A DNA stretch of 64,000 nucleotides from Octopus sinensis (taxonomy: Eukaryota), in assembly GCF_006345805.1 (NCBI RefSeq), contig NW_021833224.1:35567-99566 (forward strand), in the 5' to 3' direction. This document shows positions 24,936-37,312 of this stretch, piece after piece; within the stretch, counting starts at the first letter, position 1; every line of letters begins with the position of its first letter. Under the pieces are notes generated by a model. The model saw nothing but the letters and a program-made list of their open reading frames with translations. It was not told where the DNA came from and did no database searches. Made by a program: the position numbers and the translations under genes.

Positions 24936-26298
24936 GTATGTGTTGTGCAAAATGTAAATATTTTATCGTCCGGTGATTATATATGGAATGTTTTGTTGCA
25001 GAGAATGGAACCATTTGAGATGTGCAACTGAATTGAAAGTGTCTTGCGTACGATGTGGGCTGAGTTTAGTTAGATTATCTTTTGGATTGAGAATAACGTT
25101 GACATGGGTTTTACGATCTTCTTTATATTGTTATCATACTTTTATATTTTTATCATATTTTTATCATATTCAGTTATTAGTGATATCGTCTTCAAATTCA
25201 TAGCTGATTCCTGATCATTTTAAATTCATGAAACTTGAATATTTGTAGTTTCTACCCTTCTCACCGGAAATGCTTTGGCAAAAAAATAATTGAAATATCA
25301 GAGTACAGATATCATTGTTTCATTTTTTGGCAAATTATATTTGTACAGTTTTCCTTGATGTCTTTATCTGTCATTCCGCTGTTGATTGTGGTCAGGTCGT
25401 TATTATGGATTATGTTTGATGTTTTATCACTTCATATCCGTTCGTTTCTCTCCAAATTACGATATATGTTCCATTGGACATATATTACTGTCTGGGAACA
25501 TTATTGGTCTTGGCAAAGGAACGGATCACCGGAAAGGATGTGGTCAACTCTCTCATTATGTTTTTCGTTGTATAATCTATGTTCCGCATACAGAAGTCAG
25601 TCCTAAAAAGTTCTCCAATAAGTACGTATTAGGCTACATTTCGCTGCGGATGTCTGATAAAACCGACACATGTCCGACGTTAACTCCAAACCTACGAAAA
25701 ATTAGACTTGTTCCCCAATGTTTAGCTCTACATTATTTTTAATCAATTTCAATTTCGGAATTTCTCTAAGTTGCATCTCTTGACAATGGTTCTCAATTAA
25801 CCAGATGATTGTTTTTTTGGTGTTGTTTTTTTTTTTTGCTCTTCATTATGTGTATAATTTCAATTAATTCAAATACAAAATTCACTCATTATTCCGCTCT
25901 TAACATACGCAGTACTTTCACAATCTTTTCTGAAGTGTCCAGAATGTTCTCTTCCAAGAAATACTGGTGCTTCTTATCTCGTTTGAAACAACATTTCCTT
26001 TTCTTTCTTCATCTTCACCTCCTTCGATTTTTGTTCCTCTCTCTTTATCTCACCCTCACTCCTCCTCTCCCCCTCTCTTCTGTTCCCTCTCTTTCTATCC
26101 CTCTCAAATTAATCGATCTCCCTCATTATTTCAATGGATAATTTTGTAGTGATGTAGTGGTGGTCATCGTCGTATTTATTTTCGATTTATGCATATAACA
26201 CGTCTCTTTCCTATTCATTTCATCTTTTTTCTTTGTAAATTAACGTTAAACGTGAATATGAAATATGAAATATTTTACAAAATAAATTTTCATTGCAG

Positions 26299-26334
26299 TT
26301 CTCTTCTACATCTCATTGAAATTTGGAAATGGAC
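26299..26334 (+). CDS. Gene A 36-nt micro-exon (signal peptide C-part, xLFYISLKFGNG)
   Basis: cattgcAG acceptor and C|GTGAGT donor, phase 1-1. Near-identical paralog at 48651-48686. Joins the PAN1 exon in frame (C+TT = Leu). Confidence 0.8.
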
Positions 26335-26506
26335 GTGAGTAGATTTATATCAATATATAGACCTATATGTATGAAAATTATGAAATTCAAAACACAAAAA
26401 TTTAAACTACATCATAAGTAAACAAACATAAGTTTATTTTTGAAGCGTTGAAATGTATTGTAGAAAGATATATTTTTCAACGCGTAAATACTGATAGAAC
26501 AGCATA

Positions 26507-27221
26507 TCTATATATATATAAACGACAAAATGTTTGTGTGTGTGTGTGTATCCTTTATACAAATCCACAATTTTTCAGTTAGAGGGCTCGCACTTTCTAT
26601 GGTTATTCAAACCCGTCCAAGGGTAGTTGTGAAGATCTTTTCATTTCCCCAGTAAACCCTGAAAGCCATTAAAAAGATCGATAAACCGACCCCTTATGTT
26701 TCAAGTAACAAAAGTCTTTAATACAAGGGACGTAACTCCAGCAGTTTAATCTAAAGATATAGCAAGGGAAATAACTCTTTAAAACTCTGCATTTCCCTCC
26801 CTTTGTTATGCATCACACTTCAATACTGTACCAGACCAATTTATTCAATTTAGAACCGGAACTGTCCCGGATTTCAGGATTTTCCAATTTCCTAGAGAAT
26901 TTCTAAACGTTTGCTTAAAATCTCTATATCTATAAATGGCAAAATGTCAGTTTTTTGATTGGACAGAGATAATTTTACACCTGACAGTTGGATGCGCATG
27001 CGCATTTGCAGACAGTCTGTATGACTCAGCGCATTTTTGTGTTTTGCAAAGACGTGCTATCATGTGTTTTGGCTTTCAAACGTGCACGCTTTTTTGATTT
27101 GAGAAATGCAGGGAATAATTAACGAGTTAGACCAAGTGATTGACAAGAGAACAGAATTTTCATGAAAGACCAAATATGCTTGACTAGCACTAGATGCGAC
27201 AACGCCGGGTCATAGTGCTAG
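26507..27221 (+). mobile_element. Non-autonomous Helitron
   Basis: A|TCTATATATATA 5' end; subterminal hairpin and CTAG|T 3' end; a second internal 5'-like end at ~26921. Same family at 57318-57681. Confidence 0.8.
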
Positions 27222-27283
27222 TATAGGATCAAGTTCTGTTAGAGTAGAAGCATTTGTCGGCTTTAAAAGGATTTTATCCTATA

Positions 27284-28078
27284 CTAGCTAAAGTACCCAT
27301 CTTTTGGGCGGTTTAAGTTGTTCTTGAATCAGTTCGTTAACCTTGCGGCACTGCGTGTTGTCCGAGTTGTGCGCTGGTCAAGTGACTCCGTAGCTATTGC
27401 GGCAGCAGTCACGGCAGCATTCAGCGTTAACCAAAATGCACTCTCCTCTGTAGAGTCATTTGATCGCGAAGCAGCAGTAATTTACGGGTTTTTGCTCCAC
27501 GGGCCGCAAGTTTTCTTGTTGAGTTTGGATGTGATGATTGCAAATTATTGAGTCTTGCGCTGTTGGTAGCTAATCTGGATAACCTAATTGTCCTCTGCTC
27601 CTCAGTTTCATTAACTCGACGCTGCTTTGCCCTGACCGCATCGGTTGACAATCTGTTAAGGTACCGTTTTTTTTTCACGGGACCAGTGGTGGTCAAAAAG
27701 ACCAAAAATAGAATATTTTTAAGTCTTTGATGAATAGACCAACACTTAAATGAAATTTTCCGTAATATTGTTAACGTAACGACGTATTTTCAAGTATTAA
27801 CATCATGAGCAAAACGATAATAGTGCAAAGTCAAGTGTTAAACTTAATATAGAAATAGTTTAGGAATTTTGGGTTGTGAAATATGCAAAATAATAATCTC
27901 AAGAAAACATACCTTTTATTTCAAGTTCAAAGAGTAAAAATAAATCCGAGTGAAAACAAAAATTTTACGATTTCAAAGTGAGTTGTTATTGTTGCCATCT
28001 TGTAGAACTGAACAACTTGTATACAGGAAGTCATCAATTTTTTGCATACATATGATAATTATTGTATCTTAAGATAGA
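27284..28078 (-). mobile_element. Internally deleted Helitron retaining the STPR-like N-terminal coding fragment
   Basis: Minus-strand RRVNETEEQRTIRL; 3' end GCCCAAAAGATGGGTACTTTAGCTAG|T; likely 5' end A|TCTATCTTAA at 28078. Confidence 0.7.
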
Positions 28079-28869
28079 TTCGCATCGATGCACTTGTTAA
28101 ATCGATTCATGCGATCGATAGCGCAGAAGGTAGAATCACAAAAGCATTGTACAAATGAAAGAAAATATAAGTTGTCATAAATTATGAGAACAAAAGTTTT
28201 TAAATAGAACCCAACTTGTCGGAAACCAAAGCACTGAAAAACAATGAAAATCTGAAGCAAAAAATTAAAGACTATAGCTAGAAATTAAATTTGTAAGCCC
28301 TATAACTCCAACAGACGGCCTAAATATAAGTAGCAGAGAAATTTGTTGGCTCTAGAAGGATTTTATCCTATATATATGGCTCTGTCAGCATTTACTCGTT
28401 GAAAAATATATCTTTCTACTTGTTCTGCAAAAATTTAATTTATAAGTTCAGTGTAGGAAAATATTTTCCTTCTCAAAGTAAATTAGTAGACTCAAGACGA
28501 AACTCGTATTATGACGAGTTCAATTCTTAACTTAATTTCCATTCGTTATAATTCTTTTTTTTTTTTTTTTGTCAGCTTGTATTTTGTTAGATTTGACTAA
28601 GTGCTGACATTTGGACAAACTTTACAACAGGCAACCGTTAAACATTATAGGATATAACGTGTGAATCATTTAAATATGACAATTAATTAAACAACTTGAA
28701 AAATTCATTCGCAGTCATTTTCATTAAACAGATAATATATTCCAACTGTTAAAATACCAATATTGATCCTCAAACATTTAATATTCTATTTCTTTATATT
28801 ATCTATTTTGACAATCTTTTACTTTCGTCTTCGTATTTTGGTTGTTTAATTTGCCTGGCTTTGTTACAG

Positions 28870-29127
28870 TTGAATATCTGACGCATTTTATGAAAGTACC
28901 AAAATGTGATCTGAAAGATGCTAAAACATTGATGACACTTGATGTGGATGCCTCCAGCTGTTCGAAGAATTGTTTTGAAACATCTGCATGCAAATCCTTC
29001 GTGAGCAGAACGATAAGTCCAAGCTGTATTTTATACGAAGATGACTCAACAGAGAAAATGTTAATAGACGTACTTCATACCGATTTTTATCAGCTGAGAA
29101 GATCTGTGCCGACCGAGTATAGAGACG
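28870..29127 (+). CDS. Gene A exon encoding PAN/apple domain 1
   Basis: ttgttacAG acceptor, G|GTAAAC donor, 258 nt, phase 1-1. Encodes KCDLK...CSKNCFETSACKSF...CILY, the PAN C-x3-C-x5-C-x-S-F...C-x-L pattern. Same-length paralog at 49246-49503. Confidence 0.88.
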
Positions 29128-29244
29128 GTAAACAAATTTGAATCTTCTGGGTTTATTTCATTCCTTGACTTGTATTCTATGTTTTAGTCCAAAGAGAGAC
29201 AATACACAGAGAATATTCTCAATATATTTGATGATAAAAATAAC

Positions 29245-29575
29245 ACATGTCCGGTGTGTAATATTTGTGTGTAGATGACATCAGTTTGTGAGGGAGATGA
29301 AAAGACATCTTATAATAAAACAGGATATGATAAGAGTTTTTAAAATTACGCACAATAATTACACAAGATGCTTAACTGAATGTGTCAAGACAGATTTTTT
29401 AAAAATATAAATCAAAGAAAATGGGAAAAAAATTAGTGTAACTTATTCACAAATGAATGAAAACCCTAAAACTGGATCAAATCAGAATTGCCCACAATCC
29501 TGATTAACTCTCTCTCTCTCTCTCTCTATTTATCTCTCTCTTTATCTCTTTTTCTCTTGTCTTACTCTGTGTCTT

Positions 29576-29613
<38 letters not shown>

Positions 29614-30775
29614 TCTCTTTCTTTCTCTTTCTCTCTCCCTCACTCATTCCCTCTCTCCCTCTCCCCCCTCTCTCCTTCACACTTCTCTTTCTTTTCTATA
29701 TCTGTCATTCATGTCCAAAGTGCCCCAGAAAGATTTACCCATGTGTAAACCTCTTTCTAAAAAATATCGGTTCAGGTAGCATCTACATTTAACGTAAATA
29801 TTTGCTTATGTCTTTTGTTCGTGTGTCTATTGTTTCGTTCGTCTAACACTAGTTTGCAAACAAACATGGCGTCGAAAGCAAAAAATGACCAGATTGTCGC
29901 TTTGAGAGCAGCTAGAGTGAACAACGATAACATAACAAAACAGCTGAATGTGTGTTGTAAAACAGTGTTCAATACCTGGAAACAATATATGGAGTCCGCT
30001 ACAATCTCTAGCAAGCCAATTCCTAGTAGGAAGCGAACAATTGAAATATTGAAGCTGTGAAGAAACGAATGAACGGAAATCCACACAGGATGCAAGAAAA
30101 GCTGCTAAAGCTCTTGGTATTTCGAAATCGTTAATGCACAGGATTTTTAAAGAGGATTTAAAACTTGCTGCATAAAAGAAACAATCCAAGCGGTCAATTT
30201 CAGCAACTTCGACAGGGGTCAAACTATGTTAGCTGAGGTGAAGCGTGCCACTAACAAAGTGTTGATATAGTCCGATGAGAAAATATTCACCGTGGAGGCA
30301 GTTTCCAATAGAATGAGAGACTTTATGCACATAATGCAGGGGATTTGCCCGACGGTAACAGGTTTCATATACGCCATCAGAAGCCAGCTTCTCTCATACT
30401 GTGAGTTACAGATGCATCAGATGGGTCCAAGCCTCTATTGATCTTCATCTATTCTGGCTGTCAAGGTCAACTCTGAAGTTTATGTGGAAATGTTGTTTGA
30501 GATAGTGTTACCCTGGATCACAGAAACCTTTGGTGGCCGTTACACCTTCACTCTAGACGGGGCTCCGGCCCACACATCCAATTTGACACAGAGGTGATGT
30601 AAAGAGTATTTCAACGGTTTGGAGATAAGACAATATGGCATCTCTGAAGTCTAGACATCAATTCCATGGACTTTGCAATCTGGGGCATCTGAAAGAGTAA
30701 TGTTTCTGCATGTTCCTATTCAAATGTGTCAGAACTCAAGAGAGCCCTTCTATCTTTATGGGTCAATTTCTTAAT
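29245..30775 (+). mobile_element. Tc1/mariner-superfamily DD37D (maT-type) transposon, decayed
   Basis: HTH-like N-terminus from 29866, then SDEKIFTVE, DGAPAHTS and SLDINSMDFAIW. About 37 residues separate the last two Asp after correcting a frameshift. Boundaries approximate. Confidence 0.82.
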
Positions 30776-31701
30776 TGTTTTTTTCATTTCTGTACATATC
30801 ATTATGTCTTCTTGGGCTTCTATATTTCTTAACGTATCTTGGATTTCATGCAGCCACTCGCTTCATCATTGAACATTTACCTGATTATTCTGGCCTTGCC
30901 AAGGAGGTAAACCTTTTGTTACAGTTCTACTGAACCCTCTTTCCGATTTCCTTTATATTTCTCATGAAGCCTTCTGATGCTGTCCCCAGTACTAATTAAG
31001 AAATACCCCCTTACCCATAGTTTATATTTATATACAGATAGAATAGTTAGTGGGTAGTTATGTAGATGTATGTATGTGTGTGCATGTGTGTATATGTTTA
31101 TACACATGCATGTAGGCAAATGGATATGAAAGTAAACAGATAGATATACAGACGGATAGGTTCATAGGTAATATGAACAGACAAGCACACACACACACAT
31201 ACGCGAATGAAGAATGAAACCCACGACCATATACACACACATTTCACTTCACACAAAGACACATATGGATACACATGTTCACACATATGGAGAAACATCC
31301 ATACATACAGGCACAGTACATACTCTCAAAAACCCATACACACACAGATATACTAGACAAGCACACACAAGGAGACAGAAGTACACACACAAAAACACAC
31401 AATCACATGAATATGCAGAATACATACATACAAAATGTACACACATAGATACATATATACAAACGCACACACAGAGACATACATGCATACACACATATGC
31501 ATGCATTGTTATTATTTTTGTTGTTGTTGTTGTTGTTGTTATTATAATCATCATCTCTTTACACAATATCGATATCTATTAATTATTTCTCATTAATCTA
31601 AAATAGAAAAACTATTCACTGTAAAATAGTACCCACCACCACTACCACCATCACGGACAACTACAAAAAACAACATTGATTTATCTATTTTCTTTTTACA
31701 G

Positions 31702-31932
31702 GCAGATGTCCTTTAGAGTTTATTTACAATGCAGCTCTATTTCTTAACAATGATTTGGGTAACTATTTTGTTTCTAATTACACACAATGTCTGTTTGATT
31801 GCGAAGTAAATTCAAACTGTAAAACGGCTGAGTATAATTTTCGCGAGAGAAGATGCGTCTTGTCAAGTAAAGATCATACAACTGTTAAATTGTATTTTTC
31901 CAAGGATTACAGTTACACCAACATAAACAGAG
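31702..31932 (+). CDS. Gene A exon encoding PAN/apple domain 2
   Basis: tctttttacAG acceptor, G|GTAAGG donor, 231 nt, phase 1-1. Encodes GRCPLEF...NYTQCLFDCEVNSNCKTAEY...CVLS. Same-length paralog at 58483-58713. Confidence 0.88.
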
Positions 31933-32374
31933 GTAAGGGCGCCATTTTCTTGTTCTTTTATTTATTTTTTTTTTTTTAATTATACGCTCTCATTTGGACA
32001 AGACTTAGGCACCACCTTCAAAAATGTGTTAGTCTGTTAAACTGAGCCCAGGACATTGATTTATTTGGCTCTATCGATTGGTTAAGTCCAACGTCATATG
32101 AAGGCACGGACTCAATACCTAATTAGATAGATAATACATACATGCATGCATACAAGAATATATACATACATATATGCACGCACACATGCATGCATACATG
32201 CATACATACATGCATGTATCATGTATGCATACATACATGGATGCACGCTTGCATACATACATGCATGCATCCATGTATGAATGCATACACACGTACATGC
32301 ATGCATACACGCATCCATATATAGATGCATACATGTATACACACACACGCACAAGCTCACACGTACAAATAACT

Positions 32375-33150
32375 ACTAAATACCTGATGATCAAGACAGA
32401 GGTGTGGGACAAAGATACCACTAAACCTCCATGCCGTGATGGAAAATGTCGGCTCTGCTATACCAGTGTGGAAGATATCACCCATATCATCAGTAGTTGC
32501 GACAAAATGCCTACGAGATTCTACCTGACCCTGAGGCATGATATAATTGCAAAGACTATTTACAATGCAATGCTACCCATAGGAAGGACTGCTCAGACGT
32601 ATACATCAAAGCCATCTTAGAACCAGCAAGTAATCAGACCTTTTGAAAGCAAGGAATACCTGGTGGAACTCCCCCCAAAAACAAACGTCAATTCGGTGCA
32701 AATATAGCAGACCTGATATTGTTCTGTGGTACAGGGGAAAAAGTCATGCACTATTGCAGGGGTCAGCTGACTAGCGGATGTGTATGTACAATCAAAAGTC
32801 TTAGGAAGATAGAACATTTAAGGCAAACTTACAGCTCTTGTACCCTGACCATAAAGTTTCATTTGCACCTATCATCATAAGTGCATCAGATTATGTACCA
32901 ACAAATTTGCACATTTGCAGAAAAACCTATAAATACTCGGTTTCACAGAGAAAGAGCAAAAGAAAAACTGATGCAGATTGTCCAAATCCAATCTTTTAGT
33001 GGCACAGTGAAGATTTGTAAAACATTCTCAAACTACTCCATCTGTGATTCTTATGTGAATAGATGCACACGATTGAGTGTATGCATCGACAGTGCCACCA
33101 ACACACCAACGCAACCACATATTTGCAATCAGCGGGAACTCTTAACTCAA
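32375..33150 (+). mobile_element. REL-type non-LTR retrotransposon 3' fragment
   Basis: CRLC...EDITHIISSC...RHD zinc knuckle, PDIVLW, GTVKICKTF. Confidence 0.78.
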
Positions 33151-34079
33151 AAAATCTTGTCACTTTCTTACCTACTGTATGATTATTGCATTCAGATGGC
33201 GGGAAGTTTCTCCAAATGGCTTCTTGCATTGAAATACAATTTGAAACAGCGAAGTGTGTACAGACACAAAAGTATGCTTCAAACTGCTGACATACCAATT
33301 CTTTCAATAGAACCTGTCTTGAAGTTCAAGAACCAAGTCAGATGTTGTGCCTGGGGAGACACTATTACCTTTACAACCCTGTCTCTTTGAATTATCATCA
33401 AAACCCAGCAGCAACCGGGTTCTTTATTGGAAAGTGGTGGAGTGAAGCGATCTTGTGCCAAACTTTCCTAAAGAAAGGGACTTCATCATCTTTAAAGCAC
33501 TGCATTAATCCCCCAACAATGATGATGCTGGCTGCTAAAGGAAAATCAATGTTACATTTACTGATGTTCTACAAGACAATACATGGATTCCTCGGTAATG
33601 ATAAGAAGCCGTTTTAGGGACTCTGATGGATCGGCAAGAACGGGGGTGGGGATTAACTTTTCTATTGGAACCGAAAATTGTAAATGTCTTGCTTCTATTT
33701 ATTCCACTTGACACAAATTTTGGACATAGTGCCAATTGAAAATATTTTTTTCAGAAACATAGACATATCCAATATCATAGTTAAAGACAGCTCTTTTCCA
33801 CAGCTCATACGTATATGGTGGAGATCTATCCTCTGTTTGTCTTTCTCTTTGTTCATTTGATAACAGTCGATTTCTTCTTTGTTGTTTTTTTTTAATTTCT
33901 GGAGGAGTAACTTCAATCCTATAAATATCACCAAAATGAAGTAGTTTGACAATTTATTGTTGAACCTGTGGAAGACACACGAGATATCTAAATATTATTC
34001 ATTTGATAACAATCGCAATCTTCTTTGTTGTTTCTATCATTATTATTATCATCATCATCATCATCATCATCATCATTGC

Positions 34080-34148
<69 letters not shown>

Positions 34149-34164
34149 CATCATCATCATCATT

Positions 34165-34337
34165 CTATGTTTGACTTTTGCTTTACATTTGTACAGGTTG
34201 GCTCCAAGTCTCACCCAGAGACCTCAAGAGACAACAAGTTGGAAGTTCATGTTGGTGTTATGCCTAGGGTGCCATATATTTGGTTTTGTACTTAGTCTTG
34301 TACTAATGAATGTATAAAAAACCATACGAAAATGATG

Positions 34338-34340
<3 letters not shown>
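34165..34340 (-). mobile_element. R4/Dong-type 3' UTR fragment within (ATT)n
   Basis: Reverse complement resembles 6950-7060 (caaaaccaaatatatg...cctaggcataaca...gtctcttgag). Confidence 0.65.
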
Positions 34341-34382
<42 letters not shown>

Positions 34383-34404
34383 TTATTATTATTATTTTTT
34401 TTTT

Positions 34405-34708
34405 TTTATTATTGTCATTATTAATATTGTTGTTGTTGTTGTTTCCTTTTTCATTATCTCGTTTGAACAAATATTAAAAGGGGAAACGAATTCCCCTGGA
34501 AAATTCCTCTTTTGATATTAACTTTCCATTATTATTATTTTATTATTATTATTATTATATTATTATTATTATTATTATCATTATTATTTTTTATTATTGT
34601 CATTATTAATATTGTTGTTGTTGTTTCCTTTTTCATTATCTCGTTTGAACAAATATTAAAAGGGGAAACGAATTCCCCTGGAAAATTCCTCTGTTGATAT
34701 TAACTTTC

Positions 34709-34715
<7 letters not shown>
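34405..34715 (+). repeat. Near-identical tandem duplication (~185-bp period) bounded by ATT microsatellites
   Basis: ...aaggggaaacgaattcccctggaaaattcctct... occurs at both ~34480 and ~34660. Confidence 0.9.
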
Positions 34716-34772
<57 letters not shown>

Positions 34773-35222
34773 TACTTTTAATCTGTATGTTTGTTACAAT
34801 CACTTGCCGAGACGCACCCAGAATCATAGGGTGAGTGAAGGATAAAAGATGTTACAGTATGACTGAAAGCTTGGGGAGGGGAAGTGGCAGGGACAGTAGC
34901 GAAATATATTCATGTAATACAACACAGACATCTAAATGGACAGGGTTCTTCTAAGGATGTGGGCACTATTTGTCAGTGCACTATTTTGGGTTTCTCTGAG
35001 ACATGGTTCTCCTGGGATGTTATCTAGATGTTCCTACATCCCTTTCTTATCATACTGTAATAAGAGGAACAGTTCTCGTTTTAACACGCCACATCTTTAA
35101 TATTTTAATTTGCTGTAATTTAGCCCCAGGTGACATAGTCTCCAGGTAGCTATACGACACGATCTGTGTCCTTATATTTTCGAACAAGGGAGACTAGCAT
35201 CCCCATTCAGCTCAAAACAATA

Positions 35223-35267
35223 TCTGTGTATCGCGATTTCCGGGTTATTTAGCTTCATCGGCACAGA
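35223..35267 (-). ncRNA. Minimal hammerhead ribozyme motif with a core substitution
   Basis: Minus strand reads UCUGUG-CCGAUGA-agcuaaauaacccg-GAAA-UCGCGA-UA-CACAGA. Perfect 6-bp stem I and palindromic stem III; CUGA has become CCGA and stem II is weak. Confidence 0.55.
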
Positions 35268-36148
35268 ATAATGGGGCTAAATCACAGCAACATTCGTTCC
35301 AAACCGGGACTGCCATGTTATGTTGCCAAATAATCTTTACTTGATATTTTATTGGTTGAACGATATTTCGATAGCAAGCCTGTCTTTGTCGACTTCAGAA
35401 TGAAAAGTGATAAAAATTCAAAATTATTGAAAATCAAATCCCAAATCCTTTGACTCAGGAGTGGACTCAACACTGGGGTCTAGGGAAGGTAACAGAGTTC
35501 CTAAGCCACCTGTAAGAATGAGTGAGAGAGCAGTGCATGCCATCAAAGTGACACTGGGATAAAATATATGAAACCCAGTATACTCATCATGAATACCCGA
35601 CAGATAAGGGTACACGGGGCACATGCATCACAACCATATGTGCGCTACATGGTGATCTCATATCAAGATAAAAAGAGCATGACCTTGAGGTGCAGACTCC
35701 ATACTGACGCTCTTGAGTATTTATAATGCAATCTATCTGTGTGTGTGAGTATGTGTGTGCGTGCGTGCGTGTGTGTTTTCAGTGTTTGTTGCTTTTCATG
35801 TTCATGTTCATGTTATAAGGCTTAATTGAGCAGACCTATGATGAAATGATGAAAAGGCTAAATAGCCACGGTATATTCAGGTCGTGACCATCCAGTCATT
35901 TTCCTCTTTGTACAAGGATTCCAGGAGCACATTATCCAACGTGAACACTTTGAGTTCTATAAAGTTGTGGATTTGAGGGTGATTTGGTTGCTATTTCTAG
36001 GATAATAGAGATCTCTTGAATTAACTTATTCTAGAAGAATAAATTGATACGCTGCTTCTTACTGCAAATTCCCTTCCAAAATTTCGTTGTTTTTTAGGTG
36101 ATGCCAACAGAAGGGATTCACCATCGAAGACTTAATCCACACACACAG

Positions 36149-36208
<60 letters not shown>

Positions 36209-36480
36209 CCGCACACACATATAACTCTCACATATACACATATGTAGTTTGCAACTGATGTACCAGCAAGCACAAGAACTCGAGAAGTCTGCTGAAGCCA
36301 CAACTTCCAGCAGGAAGTTAGGAGAGAGAAATCGTGCTTAACTGTAACTGGTGTTACTATTAACAGTGTTAATATTGGTGTTATTTTGTTAAGGTTCTTT
36401 CTACAGAAATTATAGCCAGAACGGAGTTTTTAATACAACCTTTCGTATCGAAACATCAGATGTAAACAATGAGATCGGAG

Positions 36481-36801
36481 AAAAATATGGGTAGAACGTG
36501 ATTCTGATTTATAAAAATATGGGTAGAAGGTGATGCTGACTCATAAGAATATGGGTAGAACGTGAGACTGACTCGTAGAAATCTGGGTAGAACGTGAGAC
36601 TGACTCATAAAAATATGGGTAGAATGTGATGCTGACTCATAAGAATATGGGTAGAATGTGATGCTGACTCGTAGAAATATGGGTAGAACGTGATGCTGAC
36701 TCATAAAAATATGGGTAGAACGTGATACTGACTCATAAGAATATGGGTAAAATGTGATGCTGGCATCATAAAAATATGGGTAGAACGTGATGCTAACTCA
36801 C
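36481..36801 (+). repeat. Minisatellite, 10 x ~32 bp (aaaaatatgggtagaacgtgatgctgactcat)
   Basis: Units counted by eye. Confidence 0.92.
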
Positions 36802-37099
36802 ACAAACGTTTAATGTATTTTGTAATATATTATGGTTTCATGACTAAATACGACGTGCCTACAAATCATTAATGGTAACCAGTGTGACATATTTTCTTCC
36901 TCTTATCAAAAGTCCTGTGATCTTTCATGATTATTAATCCTTCGCATTTGATAAAGTTTTTAAAAAAGAAATTAACATAAACATAACTAATAACACAATC
37001 TACACTCTCTCTCTCCCCCTCCCCACCCTCTTTTAATAAAAATCATAAAAATGAATCCTCTGGGAGTTTTTTCTATGATATACATTACATGCAATGCAT

Positions 37100-37312
37100 T
37101 GGTTTCAAACTTTGGCACAAGGCCAGCAATTTCAGGGGTGGGGTTAACAGATTACATCGGTCTCAGTATCCAATTGCTACCTGGTTTATCGGCCCCGAAA
37201 GGATGAAAGACAAAGTCGACCTCGACGGAATTTGAACTCGGAATGTAAATACAGGCGAAATGCTGCTAAGCATTTTGTCCGACGTGCTAACGATTCGGCC
37301 ACTTCGCCGCTT
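37100..37312 (-). mobile_element. tRNA-derived SINE (family of 5374-5603)
   Basis: ccccgaaaggatgaaagacaaagtcgacctcgacggaatttgaactc shared core. Confidence 0.82.

Larger units (their letters stand above)
25517..29205 (+). repeat. Duplicated block, copy 1 (pairs with 47811-49566), interrupted by a ~2 kb insertion
   Basis: Colinear similarity from aaggaacggatcaccggaaaggatgtggtcaact to aaagagagacaatac, covering intron sequence, the micro-exon and the PAN1 exon. Confidence 0.9.

Noticed and set aside
28842-29141. ORF-track single-exon proteins (also 31755, 49218, 58437)
   Set aside because: Their termini are intronic; splice sites and paralog comparison define internal exons instead.
36481-36801. 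CRISPR-like array
   Set aside because: Contiguous tandem units without unique spacers, no cas genes, eukaryotic context.
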